From positions 1 through 39,235 of the forward strand of contig JACRMW010000021.1 in assembly GCA_016219465.1 (NCBI GenBank): 39,235 nucleotides of DNA. The letters run 5' to 3'. The DNA comes from Candidatus Aenigmatarchaeota archaeon (GTDB lineage: Archaea; Aenigmatarchaeota; Aenigmatarchaeia; GW2011-AR5; JACRAC01). Shown in pieces: positions 1 through 8,314 of this stretch. A program made the position numbers and the translations under genes. The notes below the pieces were generated by a model. That model was not told the origin of the DNA. It made no database searches and saw nothing but the letters and a program-made list of their open reading frames with translations. Each line of letters opens with the position of its first letter. The first letter of the stretch is position 1.

Positions 1-1
1 A

Positions 2-388
2 TAATATTTCTTTCCTTGACAAGATAAATGACTTTCGAAGAAAGTCATTTTGTTCTTCGCATTCCCGCCTATGCGCTTCTTCTCTCAAATCAGTGTCACA
101 GCTGCTGCATACAGGATAACTCTTTTTTGAAGAAATTCCAGAACCAAGATAATTGTTTGTGAATACAACAAAGTCAGCTGGCTTTGACAGGCATACAGCG
201 CATTTTTTCAATCCAACATGGTCTATTTCATAATATACTCCATCAACCAAATGCCCAAGTATTATCTCCTCAACATGAGGCTTGTATACTATTGCTGGAT
301 GAGGCTGTTCCTGAATAACAAATGGCTTTTTTGACATCACTGTTTTTTTCACAATTGGCGCTTCATCAGTCATACTAGCATATGTCAT
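2..388 (-). CDS. hypothetical protein, N-terminal part only (ORF runs off the window start); two CxxC pairs suggest a zinc ribbon
   Basis: My translation from ATG at 388: MTYASMTDEAPIVKKTVMSKKPFVIQEQ...KKCAVCLSKP...YPVCSSCDTDLREEAHRRECEEQ. GGTGAT lies 5 nt upstream of the ATG. No stop before position 2, so it is absent from the supplied track. Confidence 0.4.
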   Translation of the reverse strand, partial: MTYASMTDEAPIVKKTVMSKKPFVIQEQPHPAIVYKPHVEEIILGHLVDGVYYEIDHVGLKKCAVCLSKPADFVVFTNNYLGSGISSKKSYPVCSSCDTDLREEAHRRECEEQNDFLRKSFILSRKEIL

Positions 389-390
389 GT

Positions 391-590
391 TTTATCACCG
401 AACTGTGTGAGGTGATGAAATCAGAAGTAATCTTATTCCTTCTTCTATTTTATCACCTTTATTATATTTTTTAAGAGGTGAGAAAATTAGAAGGAATTAG
501 TATTCCTTCTTCTATTTTATCACCTTTATTATATTTTTTAAGTGGTGAGAAAATTAGAAGGAATTAGTATTCCTTCTTCTATTTTATCAT
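391..590. repeat. 67-nt tandem repeat: two near-identical units (448-514, 515-581; 1 mismatch), a diverged 57-nt unit (391-447) and a truncated fourth
   Basis: tatcaccttt starts at 451 and 518, and tatcat at 585, giving a 67-nt period. Each unit has the stem agaaggaat/attccttct and tcacc/ggtga. Confidence 0.9.
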
Positions 591-597
591 CTGTCTG

Positions 598-1503
598 TTA
601 TTGATTGTCATTAGCTCTTTTTCTTTCGTTTGTGTCAATATCTATGACAATCATATCACTGGCAATATCATGTTTCTTTTTTTCAGGCTTTTCATCAATG
701 GCAACTATTCTTCCTTGTATATAACCATTTCCAATATACCTTTCAGATGTAAAAAGTGTAAGCAGTCTATTGCCAAAAAGATAGCCTTTGTGTCTTTGGT
801 CATGGCCTCTTAAAAGAATACTCTTGTTCAAAAGATCCATATAATGATCAAAGAATTCTTTGCTAAAATCAAAGCCAACTCCTCTAGACCCATCTTTAGT
901 ATATTTAATATCTGGGTCTGCATCACTCCAAAGTATTTGTTCAGCAACAGGATCGTCTCTAATATGTTTAATGCCTTTTGGAAGAGCGCGCAATTCATCA
1001 ATATTTTTTGCATTAGGCAATCCTCCATGCAATGCAATGACGCCATTTTCACTGACAGCTGTATACGGCATTTGCGCGAACATTTCATTAAAAGCATTCA
1101 AATATTCATTGCCAACACGCTTTCCAAATTTTACTATCAAATCAGTCTTCAGATCTCCTGTTTTGTTTCCATTGTGAGCGATCGCAAATGTTTCATGATT
1201 TCCACGCAATAAAACCACATTATTTGGGTATTCGGTTTTTAGCTTTAACACATAAAAGAGGTTCTTAATAGAGCCATTTGGCTTTAGAGCCCTGTCGCCA
1301 TAATCGCCAAGAAATCCAAGCAAATATCCCTTTGGAAGAAATCTCTCTGCTATTTTTCTCGTTGCTTCATAATCGCCATGAGTATCTCCTATATACACTC
1401 TTGGCATCATGTCTTTTCCATTCCTATATCTATCCAGTTCAACAAGATTCGGCTCCAAACTCTTCATAGTATTTACTAAAATCTTGCTTGAATTTCTCAC
1501 CAC
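598..1503 (-). CDS. PPP-family / calcineurin-like metallophosphoesterase (Ser/Thr phosphatase-like)
   Basis: Motifs GDTHGD, GDYGDRA, RGNHE and HGG appear in the canonical order. Start is uncertain: alternatives are 1467 (MKSLEP) or 1410 (MMPRVY), because the longest ORF overlaps the upstream ORF. Confidence 0.8.
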   Translation of the reverse strand: MVRNSSKILVNTMKSLEPNLVELDRYRNGKDMMPRVYIGDTHGDYEATRKIAERFLPKGYLLGFLGDYGDRALKPNGSIKNLFYVLKLKTEYPNNVVLLRGNHETFAIAHNGNKTGDLKTDLIVKFGKRVGNEYLNAFNEMFAQMPYTAVSENGVIALHGGLPNAKNIDELRALPKGIKHIRDDPVAEQILWSDADPDIKYTKDGSRGVGFDFSKEFFDHYMDLLNKSILLRGHDQRHKGYLFGNRLLTLFTSERYIGNGYIQGRIVAIDEKPEKKKHDIASDMIVIDIDTNERKRANDNQ

Positions 1504-1657
1504 AATTATTGGGTTCTATCAAATTTGTCAACAAATTCTTAAACTCCAGCGACTTCTTGCCAATGCCTGAAAAATAATCTCCTAAAGATCTTTTTGCGCT
1601 GTCAACATAGCTGCCAAATGAATTGTCCAATGCAATTGCCTTTGTCTTATATGCCAT
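1439..1657 (-). CDS. small hypothetical protein
   Basis: ORF track 1439..1669, with ATG (MAYKTK) at 1657. No recognisable motif. Confidence 0.3.
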   Translation of the reverse strand: MAYKTKAIALDNSFGSYVDSAKRSLGDYFSGIGKKSLEFKNLLTNLIEPNNCGEKFKQDFSKYYEEFGAESC

Positions 1658-1786
1658 AATAATAACCACGCCTTTACTATATTTAATCCCCTCAAGTATT
1701 TAAAGATTTCTGTATTCATCACGTTTAAATAGTGATATATACAACCCTGCCTTTAAATATTATACATAGCATGTATAATACATGGT

Positions 1787-3187
1787 GTGTATATGAAATT
1801 TTATGATAGAGAAAAAGAACTGTCGTTGCTTAGGAATCTTGACAAAGCAAAGAATCTTAGGTTTGTGGTTGTTAAAGGCATGAGGCGAATTGGAAAGACC
1901 TCGCTTTTGCTGAAACATTTAAAAGACCGGGATTTTTTGTATGCATTTGTGCCAAAAGGCAAGACACCAGAGCTCTTCTTGGAAGATATCTGCGCTGAGC
2001 TAAAACTTCCTGTTTTCTCAAAAATGAATGGCTTTCTAAGATATATTTTTGACAGGTATAAATTTATATTCTTTGATGAATTCCAGAACTTCTATTTTAT
2101 CGACAGCTCTATATATTCTGAGATGCAGAAACTGATAGACGAATATTCAAATAAAGAAATCGCTATTTTTGCAACAGGCTCAAGCTATTCTCTCATGAAA
2201 AAGATATTTTCAGACTATTCAAAAGCGCTATATGGCAGAAGAGATATTGAGATAACATTGGATGAGCTCCCTCTTTTGACATCATTTGAAATGATGAATG
2301 ACATTGGTATCAGGAAATTTGAAGAGCAGATAAAAATTTGGGCAGTCTTTGGCGGAATGCCAAAATCCTATGCGCTCATGGAAAAGCTTAGTATAAAATC
2401 ATTCTCTGATTTTGAGGAAATATTCTTTAAAGAACAGATACGAACATTAATGGACGAGGGCGCAGCAATCCTTATCAGCGAATTTGGCGGAGATTATAAG
2501 ATATTCTATAGTTTATTGGAAGCGATTTCAATTGGAAGAACAACGCTCTCTGAGATATCTTCTGTATTTGGTTCAGACGCAACAACAACGAATAGATATC
2601 TGACACTTCTGAGAAATGATTATAATCTTATAATTAAACAGTCTCCAATAACAGAATCCGCTAAATCAAAACGCGGCAGATATATGATAAAGAATAATTT
2701 CTTGCGCTTCTGGTTCAGTTTTATTAAAAGACACGAATCTCTCATTGAGCAAGGAAGAATAAAAGAATTGACAAATATTATCTCAGAGAATTTAAACTCA
2801 TTTATAGGCAGGGCATTTGAAGAAGTCTGCAAATATTTAGTTGCAGAGAGAATAGTGCAACTGCCATTCATATGCCAGTCAATCGGCAGACAATGGGGCA
2901 ATTTTAAAGGAGAAACCGGGAGAAATGAATATGAAATAGATATTGCAGGTGTAAATCAGAAAACAAAAGATATTCTTTTTGGAGAATGCAAATGGAAGGA
3001 TAATGTCAACCCAGAAGAAATATTATCCAGACTAAAAGAAAAGGCAAAATATGTAAAATGGAACAATAATAATAGAAAAGAACATTATATAATCTTTGCA
3101 AAATCATTCAGCAAAACAACAAAAGACGCCATGCTGTTTGATTTGAGAAGAATTGAACAAAATATTGAAAAGAATAGAACCCTCTAA
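1787..3187 (+). CDS. archaeal AAA+ ATPase (Arch_ATPase-like) with DUF234-like C-terminal PD-(D/E)xK nuclease-fold module
   Basis: Walker A GMRRIGKTS, Walker B-like FFDEFQ, and C-terminal EIDIAG...GECKWK (D...ExK). ATG at 1793 is the likely true start. Confidence 0.8.
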   Translation: MYMKFYDREKELSLLRNLDKAKNLRFVVVKGMRRIGKTSLLLKHLKDRDFLYAFVPKGKTPELFLEDICAELKLPVFSKMNGFLRYIFDRYKFIFFDEFQNFYFIDSSIYSEMQKLIDEYSNKEIAIFATGSSYSLMKKIFSDYSKALYGRRDIEITLDELPLLTSFEMMNDIGIRKFEEQIKIWAVFGGMPKSYALMEKLSIKSFSDFEEIFFKEQIRTLMDEGAAILISEFGGDYKIFYSLLEAISIGRTTLSEISSVFGSDATTTNRYLTLLRNDYNLIIKQSPITESAKSKRGRYMIKNNFLRFWFSFIKRHESLIEQGRIKELTNIISENLNSFIGRAFEEVCKYLVAERIVQLPFICQSIGRQWGNFKGETGRNEYEIDIAGVNQKTKDILFGECKWKDNVNPEEILSRLKEKAKYVKWNNNNRKEHYIIFAKSFSKTTKDAMLFDLRRIEQNIEKNRTL

Positions 3188-3233
3188 CTATGATATCAGC
3201 AGGCTCCAGGAATTGATGGTTATCTATAAACTG

Positions 3234-3410
3234 ATGTTTGACGGTATTTATATCTAAAACGCCAAATAATGATTTTTTTCACCCAACTTTCAGTAGAGGT
3301 GAAAAAAATGCATAAAAACACAGTGAAATTATCATATTTCCAGCAATTTTATACCCTCTGTCTAAAAAGGGTAAAAAATTGCCTATCAGACTATATAAAC
3401 CGTCAAACAT
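3234..3410. repeat. inverted-repeat-bounded structured spacer between the convergent ATPase genes
   Basis: atgtttgacggtatttatat (3234-3253) pairs with atataaaccgtcaaacat (3393-3410). An internal 11-bp hairpin is tttttttcacc/ggtgaaaaaaa (3273-3308). Confidence 0.7.
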
Positions 3411-3456
3411 GAACATTAAGATGGTTTTTGGCTAGTGAAGTCCTTTCACACCCACA

Positions 3457-4761
3457 TCACAGATAGCAGACAGGAACAAATTTTATGATCGTGTTATTTA
3501 TTTTCATCTCGCCCCACAAATTTTTTGTGCATATCATGGCTCTTTTTGGGTTATATGCTGAGATAAAACTGCGGAAGCTTCTGGATATTGCTGGTTCTTT
3601 GAATTTTTGAAACTTTACCTCAATAGGAATATAATTATTGCTTATGTTCAGGACAAAATCCACTTCTGCTTTTGCAAGGGTTCTCCAATAATTCATTCTA
3701 TAAAAATCTTTTACAATGCTGAAAAGCTGGCTAAAAATAATATTCTCGGCAATGCTTCCTTTATCAGACCTTGTTTCCAGAGGAGCGAAGTCATTAATCA
3801 TCATGTTTCGCATGCCTGTATCTATCAGATAGACTTTTGGGTTTTTTACAAGTTCTGTTCTCAGATTCTTGTGAAAAGGCCTTAATAATTTTATTATATA
3901 TGTTTGTTCAAGAATGTTCAGGAAACCCAGAATTTCTTTATAGTTGCTGTTGCATAATGATGCCAGTTCATTGTAGTTTATCATATTGCCTGCCTGAGAA
4001 GAAAGCAGTGAGAGCAATTTCCTAAACTTGAATTCATATGTTATTCTAAGCAATCCTTCAACATCCCTGGCAATGTATGTTTCATATGTGTTCTTCAATA
4101 TGATTTGTTTTTCTTCATCTGTCTGCGATTTGACGACCTCTGGATATCCGCCAAATATCATAAATTCCTCAAAGAGCCGGGAAAAATCATCCACAAAGAT
4201 ATCGTCCTTTATATCAAAATTCTTTCCTTCTAACAGGAATTCTTTTACTGCATTATTCCTGCTGATATAGATTTCATGCAGTCGCCTGTCTTTTGCGCCT
4301 AGAAATTCTCCGAAATTCAGCGGAAACAGATAGAACATAAAGATTCTGCCAACCAGATGTTTTGACATATCATCTATTTCCAGCGATGACGAGCCTGTTA
4401 TAATAAATTTCACATTCTCCATTGTATCATAGAGGAATTTCAATTTCTGGCCCCCATCTTTAACATAATGATATTCATCCATGAGAAAATAATGTTCTTC
4501 ATTTTTGTTGATGATAAGACTGCTTATAAGCTCTTTTGCATTCACATGAAACTTTTCTCTGATATCAAGATCCTCAAATGTTAAAAATGTGATGTTTTCT
4601 TTCTTAATATTCTTTTCAGTTATCATCCATTCCATAAACAAATTGAGCAAGGTTGTTTTTCCAGAGCGCCTCGGCCCTTTTATAGCAAGTATCTCTTTTC
4701 TCTCAAGCCATTTTTTCAATTCATTTATCAGTTCTCTGTGGAAAAGACTATGATTATTCAT
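3457..4761 (-). CDS. AAA+ ATPase of the AAA_14/DUF4143 type with C-terminal PD-(D/E)xK-like motif
   Basis: Walker A GPRRSGKTTLL, Walker B FLMDEYH, and C-terminal EVDFVL...IPIEVKF. Confidence 0.8.
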   Translation of the reverse strand: MNNHSLFHRELINELKKWLERKEILAIKGPRRSGKTTLLNLFMEWMITEKNIKKENITFLTFEDLDIREKFHVNAKELISSLIINKNEEHYFLMDEYHYVKDGGQKLKFLYDTMENVKFIITGSSSLEIDDMSKHLVGRIFMFYLFPLNFGEFLGAKDRRLHEIYISRNNAVKEFLLEGKNFDIKDDIFVDDFSRLFEEFMIFGGYPEVVKSQTDEEKQIILKNTYETYIARDVEGLLRITYEFKFRKLLSLLSSQAGNMINYNELASLCNSNYKEILGFLNILEQTYIIKLLRPFHKNLRTELVKNPKVYLIDTGMRNMMINDFAPLETRSDKGSIAENIIFSQLFSIVKDFYRMNYWRTLAKAEVDFVLNISNNYIPIEVKFQKFKEPAISRSFRSFISAYNPKRAMICTKNLWGEMKINNTIIKFVPVCYL

Positions 4762-5036
4762 AATACATCACTTTTAATAGTATTATTAGTTAAAGACTTT
4801 AAATAATTATTGTTATAAAAATTGCTTAATACTATAAAGCCTATGATTCCACAGACTTTCTAACGAATAATACTATTATTGTCTATAGTTATTCAATAAT
4901 TATAGCTCTACCATGAAATAAACTGGATATTATTTCATGTTGAGCTATACACACAAACAACATGCGTATTGCTCCAGTATAGTTAGCTGCAACCTATGAT
5001 ACTCTAATTAGTATTGCAGCTAACTGTAATCAAAGT

Positions 5037-6743
5037 TCACATATTCTTGGGTTGTCCATTTCCAATGCTTTGCATCTTTTCCTTTATCCTTGATATCTCA
5101 TTATCATCAACTTTCTGGAATAGTATAAGAGGTCTTACAACAGTGCCTGGTTTTATCAGCGGCTTTGCCAGGTCTTTCCATCTTATTTTCTCAGATTTTT
5201 TGATATCCAGGCATTTTATCACCTGTTCAGTTGTCTGTGGAATAAAAGGCCTTATCAAGAATGTCGCTACTGCAAGGCTATTGACAGCATAGTATAATGT
5301 TGATGCTGCATACTTTCTTGTCTTTTTGTCCCTGACCATTATCCATGGCTCTTTTATCTGCAGGTATTTATTGACTTCATCTGAAATAGCCAGGCATTCT
5401 TTCAGAGCGTCCTTTAGTTTTACCTCATGAACAAACTCTTTTATCTTTTCAAGGCTCTTGGCTATGCGTTCTTGCAATTCCTTTTCAGCAGTGCCTGGCT
5501 TCAATGGTCTCGGAACCTTTCCAAAATGCTTTGATATGAATGATGTTGTTCTGTAGAATAAATTGCCATAATTTGCTATCAATTCATTGTTAATCCTGTT
5601 CTGGAAATCAGTCCATTCAAAATTAGCATCCTTTTTCTCAGGCATCATTGATGCAAGATAATATCTCCAGTAATCAGAAGGGAATAGATCAAGAGCCTTG
5701 TCGCTGAACACGCCTATATTTCTGGATGTTGAGAATTTCTGCCCTTCCCAATTCAGGTATTCATAACCCTGCACAAAATAAGGCAGTGTATAATTGTTCT
5801 TGTCTTTTCCAGCCATTAGCATGCCTGGCCAGAACACTGTATGAAACGGAATATTGTCTTTTCCAAGAAAATGAAAAACCAGTGAATTTGTCCAATATTT
5901 TTTCCAGTTTTTTAGCTTTGCATCCTTTGTCATTGATATGTATCCCAATGGCGCATCAAACCAGACATAAAATACCAGCTGTGAATATCCATTAAGCGGC
6001 ACCTTTACTCCCCATTTCAGGTTTCTTGTTATGCATCTTGGCTTTAGCCCCTCATCTATCCAGCCAAGGGCGAAATTCCTTGTTCCAACAGGCCAGTGTT
6101 TGTTCTTCAATATCCATTTCTTCAGTTCGTCCTGGAGTTTTGACAGGTCAAGGAAAAGATGTTTTTCTTTCTTGAATATAATATCGTTCTTTGCGCATAT
6201 CTTGCATCTTGGATTGATAAGCTCGTTTGGATCCATGAGCCTGCCGCAATACTCGCATTGGTCGCCTCTTGCATCCTTGCTGCACTTTGGGCATGTTCCT
6301 TCTATATATCTGTCTGCAAGGAACCTTTCACAGTTTTCGCAATATGGCAGGGTAATAGTGGATTTTAGAATATAACCGTTTTTGTAAATGCTCTTGAAAG
6401 CCTGTTGCGTGGTTTCTGTATGGGTTTTTGAAGATGTCCTGCCAAAAAAAGTAAAGTCAAAATTCCATTTCTTATATATCTCTTTCTGTATTTCATGATA
6501 CTTGTCAGCATACTCATCTGGCTTCATATGCTCTTGCATAGCAGCTATTTCTGTCTGGGCTCCATGCTCGTCTGTTCCGCATATGAATATATTGTCTACA
6601 TCCATAAGATCAAGAAACCTGTGAAATATATCAGCAGGAAGAAGAGAACCGACAATATTGCCCAGATGCTTTACCCCGTTTACATAAGGCAGGGCAGATG
6701 TTATAGTCACAGGCTTTCCTTCAAACCCTATATCTTCACCCAT
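5037..6743 (-). CDS. metG: methionine--tRNA ligase
   Basis: ALPYVNGVKHLGN (HIGH-type), KFSTSR (KMSKS-type), and zinc knuckles CENC...CPKC...CEYC...CKIC. ATG at 6743 (MGEDIG) is chosen because the 51-aa extension in the track covers an intergenic hairpin repeat. Confidence 0.9.
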   Translation of the reverse strand: MGEDIGFEGKPVTITSALPYVNGVKHLGNIVGSLLPADIFHRFLDLMDVDNIFICGTDEHGAQTEIAAMQEHMKPDEYADKYHEIQKEIYKKWNFDFTFFGRTSSKTHTETTQQAFKSIYKNGYILKSTITLPYCENCERFLADRYIEGTCPKCSKDARGDQCEYCGRLMDPNELINPRCKICAKNDIIFKKEKHLFLDLSKLQDELKKWILKNKHWPVGTRNFALGWIDEGLKPRCITRNLKWGVKVPLNGYSQLVFYVWFDAPLGYISMTKDAKLKNWKKYWTNSLVFHFLGKDNIPFHTVFWPGMLMAGKDKNNYTLPYFVQGYEYLNWEGQKFSTSRNIGVFSDKALDLFPSDYWRYYLASMMPEKKDANFEWTDFQNRINNELIANYGNLFYRTTSFISKHFGKVPRPLKPGTAEKELQERIAKSLEKIKEFVHEVKLKDALKECLAISDEVNKYLQIKEPWIMVRDKKTRKYAASTLYYAVNSLAVATFLIRPFIPQTTEQVIKCLDIKKSEKIRWKDLAKPLIKPGTVVRPLILFQKVDDNEISRIKEKMQSIGNGQPKNM

Positions 6744-6814
6744 CAAATCACCAAGTCTTTCATTATTGAGAACGTTGACTAAAATACATGTTACACAAAG
6801 TCCTCTATAATATT

Positions 6815-6960
6815 TATAGTCATCCCATAAAACAATCAGGTATTGTTTTATAGGCGACATTATCTGCAGAGAACCAGAGGTTCTCTGAGACTTCAAAAAG
6901 CTCTGCTTTTTGCAAGTAGCAAACCCACAGATTCATCTCTTGAATATTTTATGGGTTTGC
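6815..6960. repeat. array of three hairpins; the first module is shared with 32743-32790
   Basis: tatagtcatcccataaaacaat...attgttttatagg; cagagaacc/ggttctctg (6867-6887); gcaaaccca/tgggtttgc (6919-6960). Confidence 0.8.
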
Positions 6961-7084
6961 TATTATAAGGGAAGCAAGCTTTTAATTGCTTTTAAATTTC
7001 TAACGAAATGCCATTCAAATGCTTAAATAGTTATTATTCATTGGTTACAAATCCTTAAATAGATTAGATGTTATAGCAATAGAT

Positions 7085-7303
7085 ATGATGAAGAATATTT
7101 CTGCAGAAGGAATGCAATTCCATGAAGATGAGATGGTTCAGGAGATGGATGAATATTTTGGCAATATTTTAGACAAAGCCATGAGAACTGGCAGTCTGCC
7201 AGAGGGCGCAGAAAGATCTAGTTTTTTAACGAGATACAGGATGCTAATACAGGATGCTCACAAGCTGCACGAGGATATGTATAATTATTTCAAAAGGACA
7301 TAG
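7085..7303 (+). CDS. small hypothetical helical protein
   Basis: 72-aa ORF. Its TAG stop is the first 3 nt of repeat module tagaggaatt. Confidence 0.35.
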   Translation: MMKNISAEGMQFHEDEMVQEMDEYFGNILDKAMRTGSLPEGAERSSFLTRYRMLIQDAHKLHEDMYNYFKRT

Positions 7304-7377
7304 AGGAATTACTTCGTAATTCCTCTAAACACACAAACAACATGCGTTGTTTGGTGCACCAGAAAGCTTTGCTTTCT
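7301..7377 (+). repeat. three-hairpin repeat element (family H2); an inverted copy lies at 31611-31686 and a partial copy at 4948-4967
   Basis: agaggaattacttcgtaattcctct + cacaaacaacatgcgttgtttggtg + agaaagctttgctttct. Confidence 0.9.
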
Positions 7378-7697
7378 ATGTGTATTCAGTGCCATCTGCG
7401 AAATGCGGCCTGAAAGGTAAACTATAGAGAATTTTTGGCTCTTTTGTCACATTTGAACCATATGGCATTATAATCTTCAGGAGAAAAGTCTGCTCTAACA
7501 AATCAATATATTCACGCTTTCCTTTGCTAAGTTATTCAATTCTATTATTTTTTCAATTTGAGTAGGCAGTAACATAATAATTATTATAAACACAAAGTAT
7601 TCAAGCATTCTGTTAAATAGTTTTAACAAACTGCAGACATTCTGACAAATACCTTTTACGAAATGTCAATATTTATAGAGAATTTCACAAAAATTCT

Positions 7698-8093
7698 CTA
7701 CACACCTAGCCAGAACATCAGCAATCTTGGAACTCCAATTACTGGCGCTGCTATTATTGTTTTTCCCATAATCTGTTCTTTTTTCACAATTCCAGGATCT
7801 GGAACAGGGTTGTTGTCACCCTTTATGATATAGCCTTTTTCTCGCTCTTCTATTATTCTATGTATTATAGGCATGTTTCCACGCATATAGACAACTATGT
7901 CGCCTGTGTGATATTCTCCACTGGCTATAACCACCATGTCGCCTACATGGAGAGTTGGTTCCATTGATTCTGAGACAACAGAGAACATTGGCGTTGGTGT
8001 TCCAAGCGCAAGACCTAATCCAAAATAAAATATGTATGCAGCTGCAACAACTGCAATCATCTCCAATATTTCTCTAATTAGGCTTTTTGCCAT
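7698..8093 (-). CDS. signal peptidase I, archaeal/Sec11 type
   Basis: N-terminal TM segment, SESMEPTL catalytic Ser box, IIHRI, and GDNN box. Confidence 0.8.
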   Translation of the reverse strand: MAKSLIREILEMIAVVAAAYIFYFGLGLALGTPTPMFSVVSESMEPTLHVGDMVVIASGEYHTGDIVVYMRGNMPIIHRIIEEREKGYIIKGDNNPVPDPGIVKKEQIMGKTIIAAPVIGVPRLLMFWLGV

Positions 8094-8206
8094 ATAAATC
8101 CTCCTAAAATTATTTTACACTGATTATTTTGCTGCATTACTATTGATTCCTTTATCATTTTATAAAAGAAATAGTGAATGAAAGTTTAAAACTTACATCT
8201 TCTAAG

Positions 8207-8301
8207 AATAGAAAGTTTTGAATAATCCATTGACAATTCAAAACTCTAATTGAGGATTTGAATGTATTTTGTAAATGATAGAGCTATTCAAAGTTTTCAA
8301 T
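8207..8301 (+). repeat. hairpin repeat family H5; other copies at 17747-17790 (+, partial) and 37251-37345 (-)
   Basis: aatagaaagttttgaataatccattgacaattcaaaactctaattgaggatttgaatgtattttg. The 10-bp stem agttttgaat/attcaaaact spans 8214-8245. Confidence 0.85.
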
Positions 8302-8314
8302 AAACACTATGTTA

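Noticed and set aside
391-590. Possible mini-CRISPR array (regularly spaced repeats)
   Set aside because: The whole 67-nt period is repeated, including the parts that would be spacers. There are no unique spacers and no cas genes.
3273-3308. Bidirectional intrinsic terminator between convergent ATPase genes
   Set aside because: The T-run precedes the stem and the A-run follows it on both strands, which is the wrong order for a hairpin followed by a U-tract.
6744-6896. 51-aa N-terminal extension of MetRS in the ORF track
   Set aside because: The extension is encoded by the H7 hairpin repeat. Conserved MetRS sequence begins right after the ATG at 6743.
8245-8262. TTCAAATCC T-loop-like sequence (minus strand) in the H5 repeat as a possible tRNA
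   Set aside because: No flanking T-stem, acceptor or anticodon arm can be drawn.
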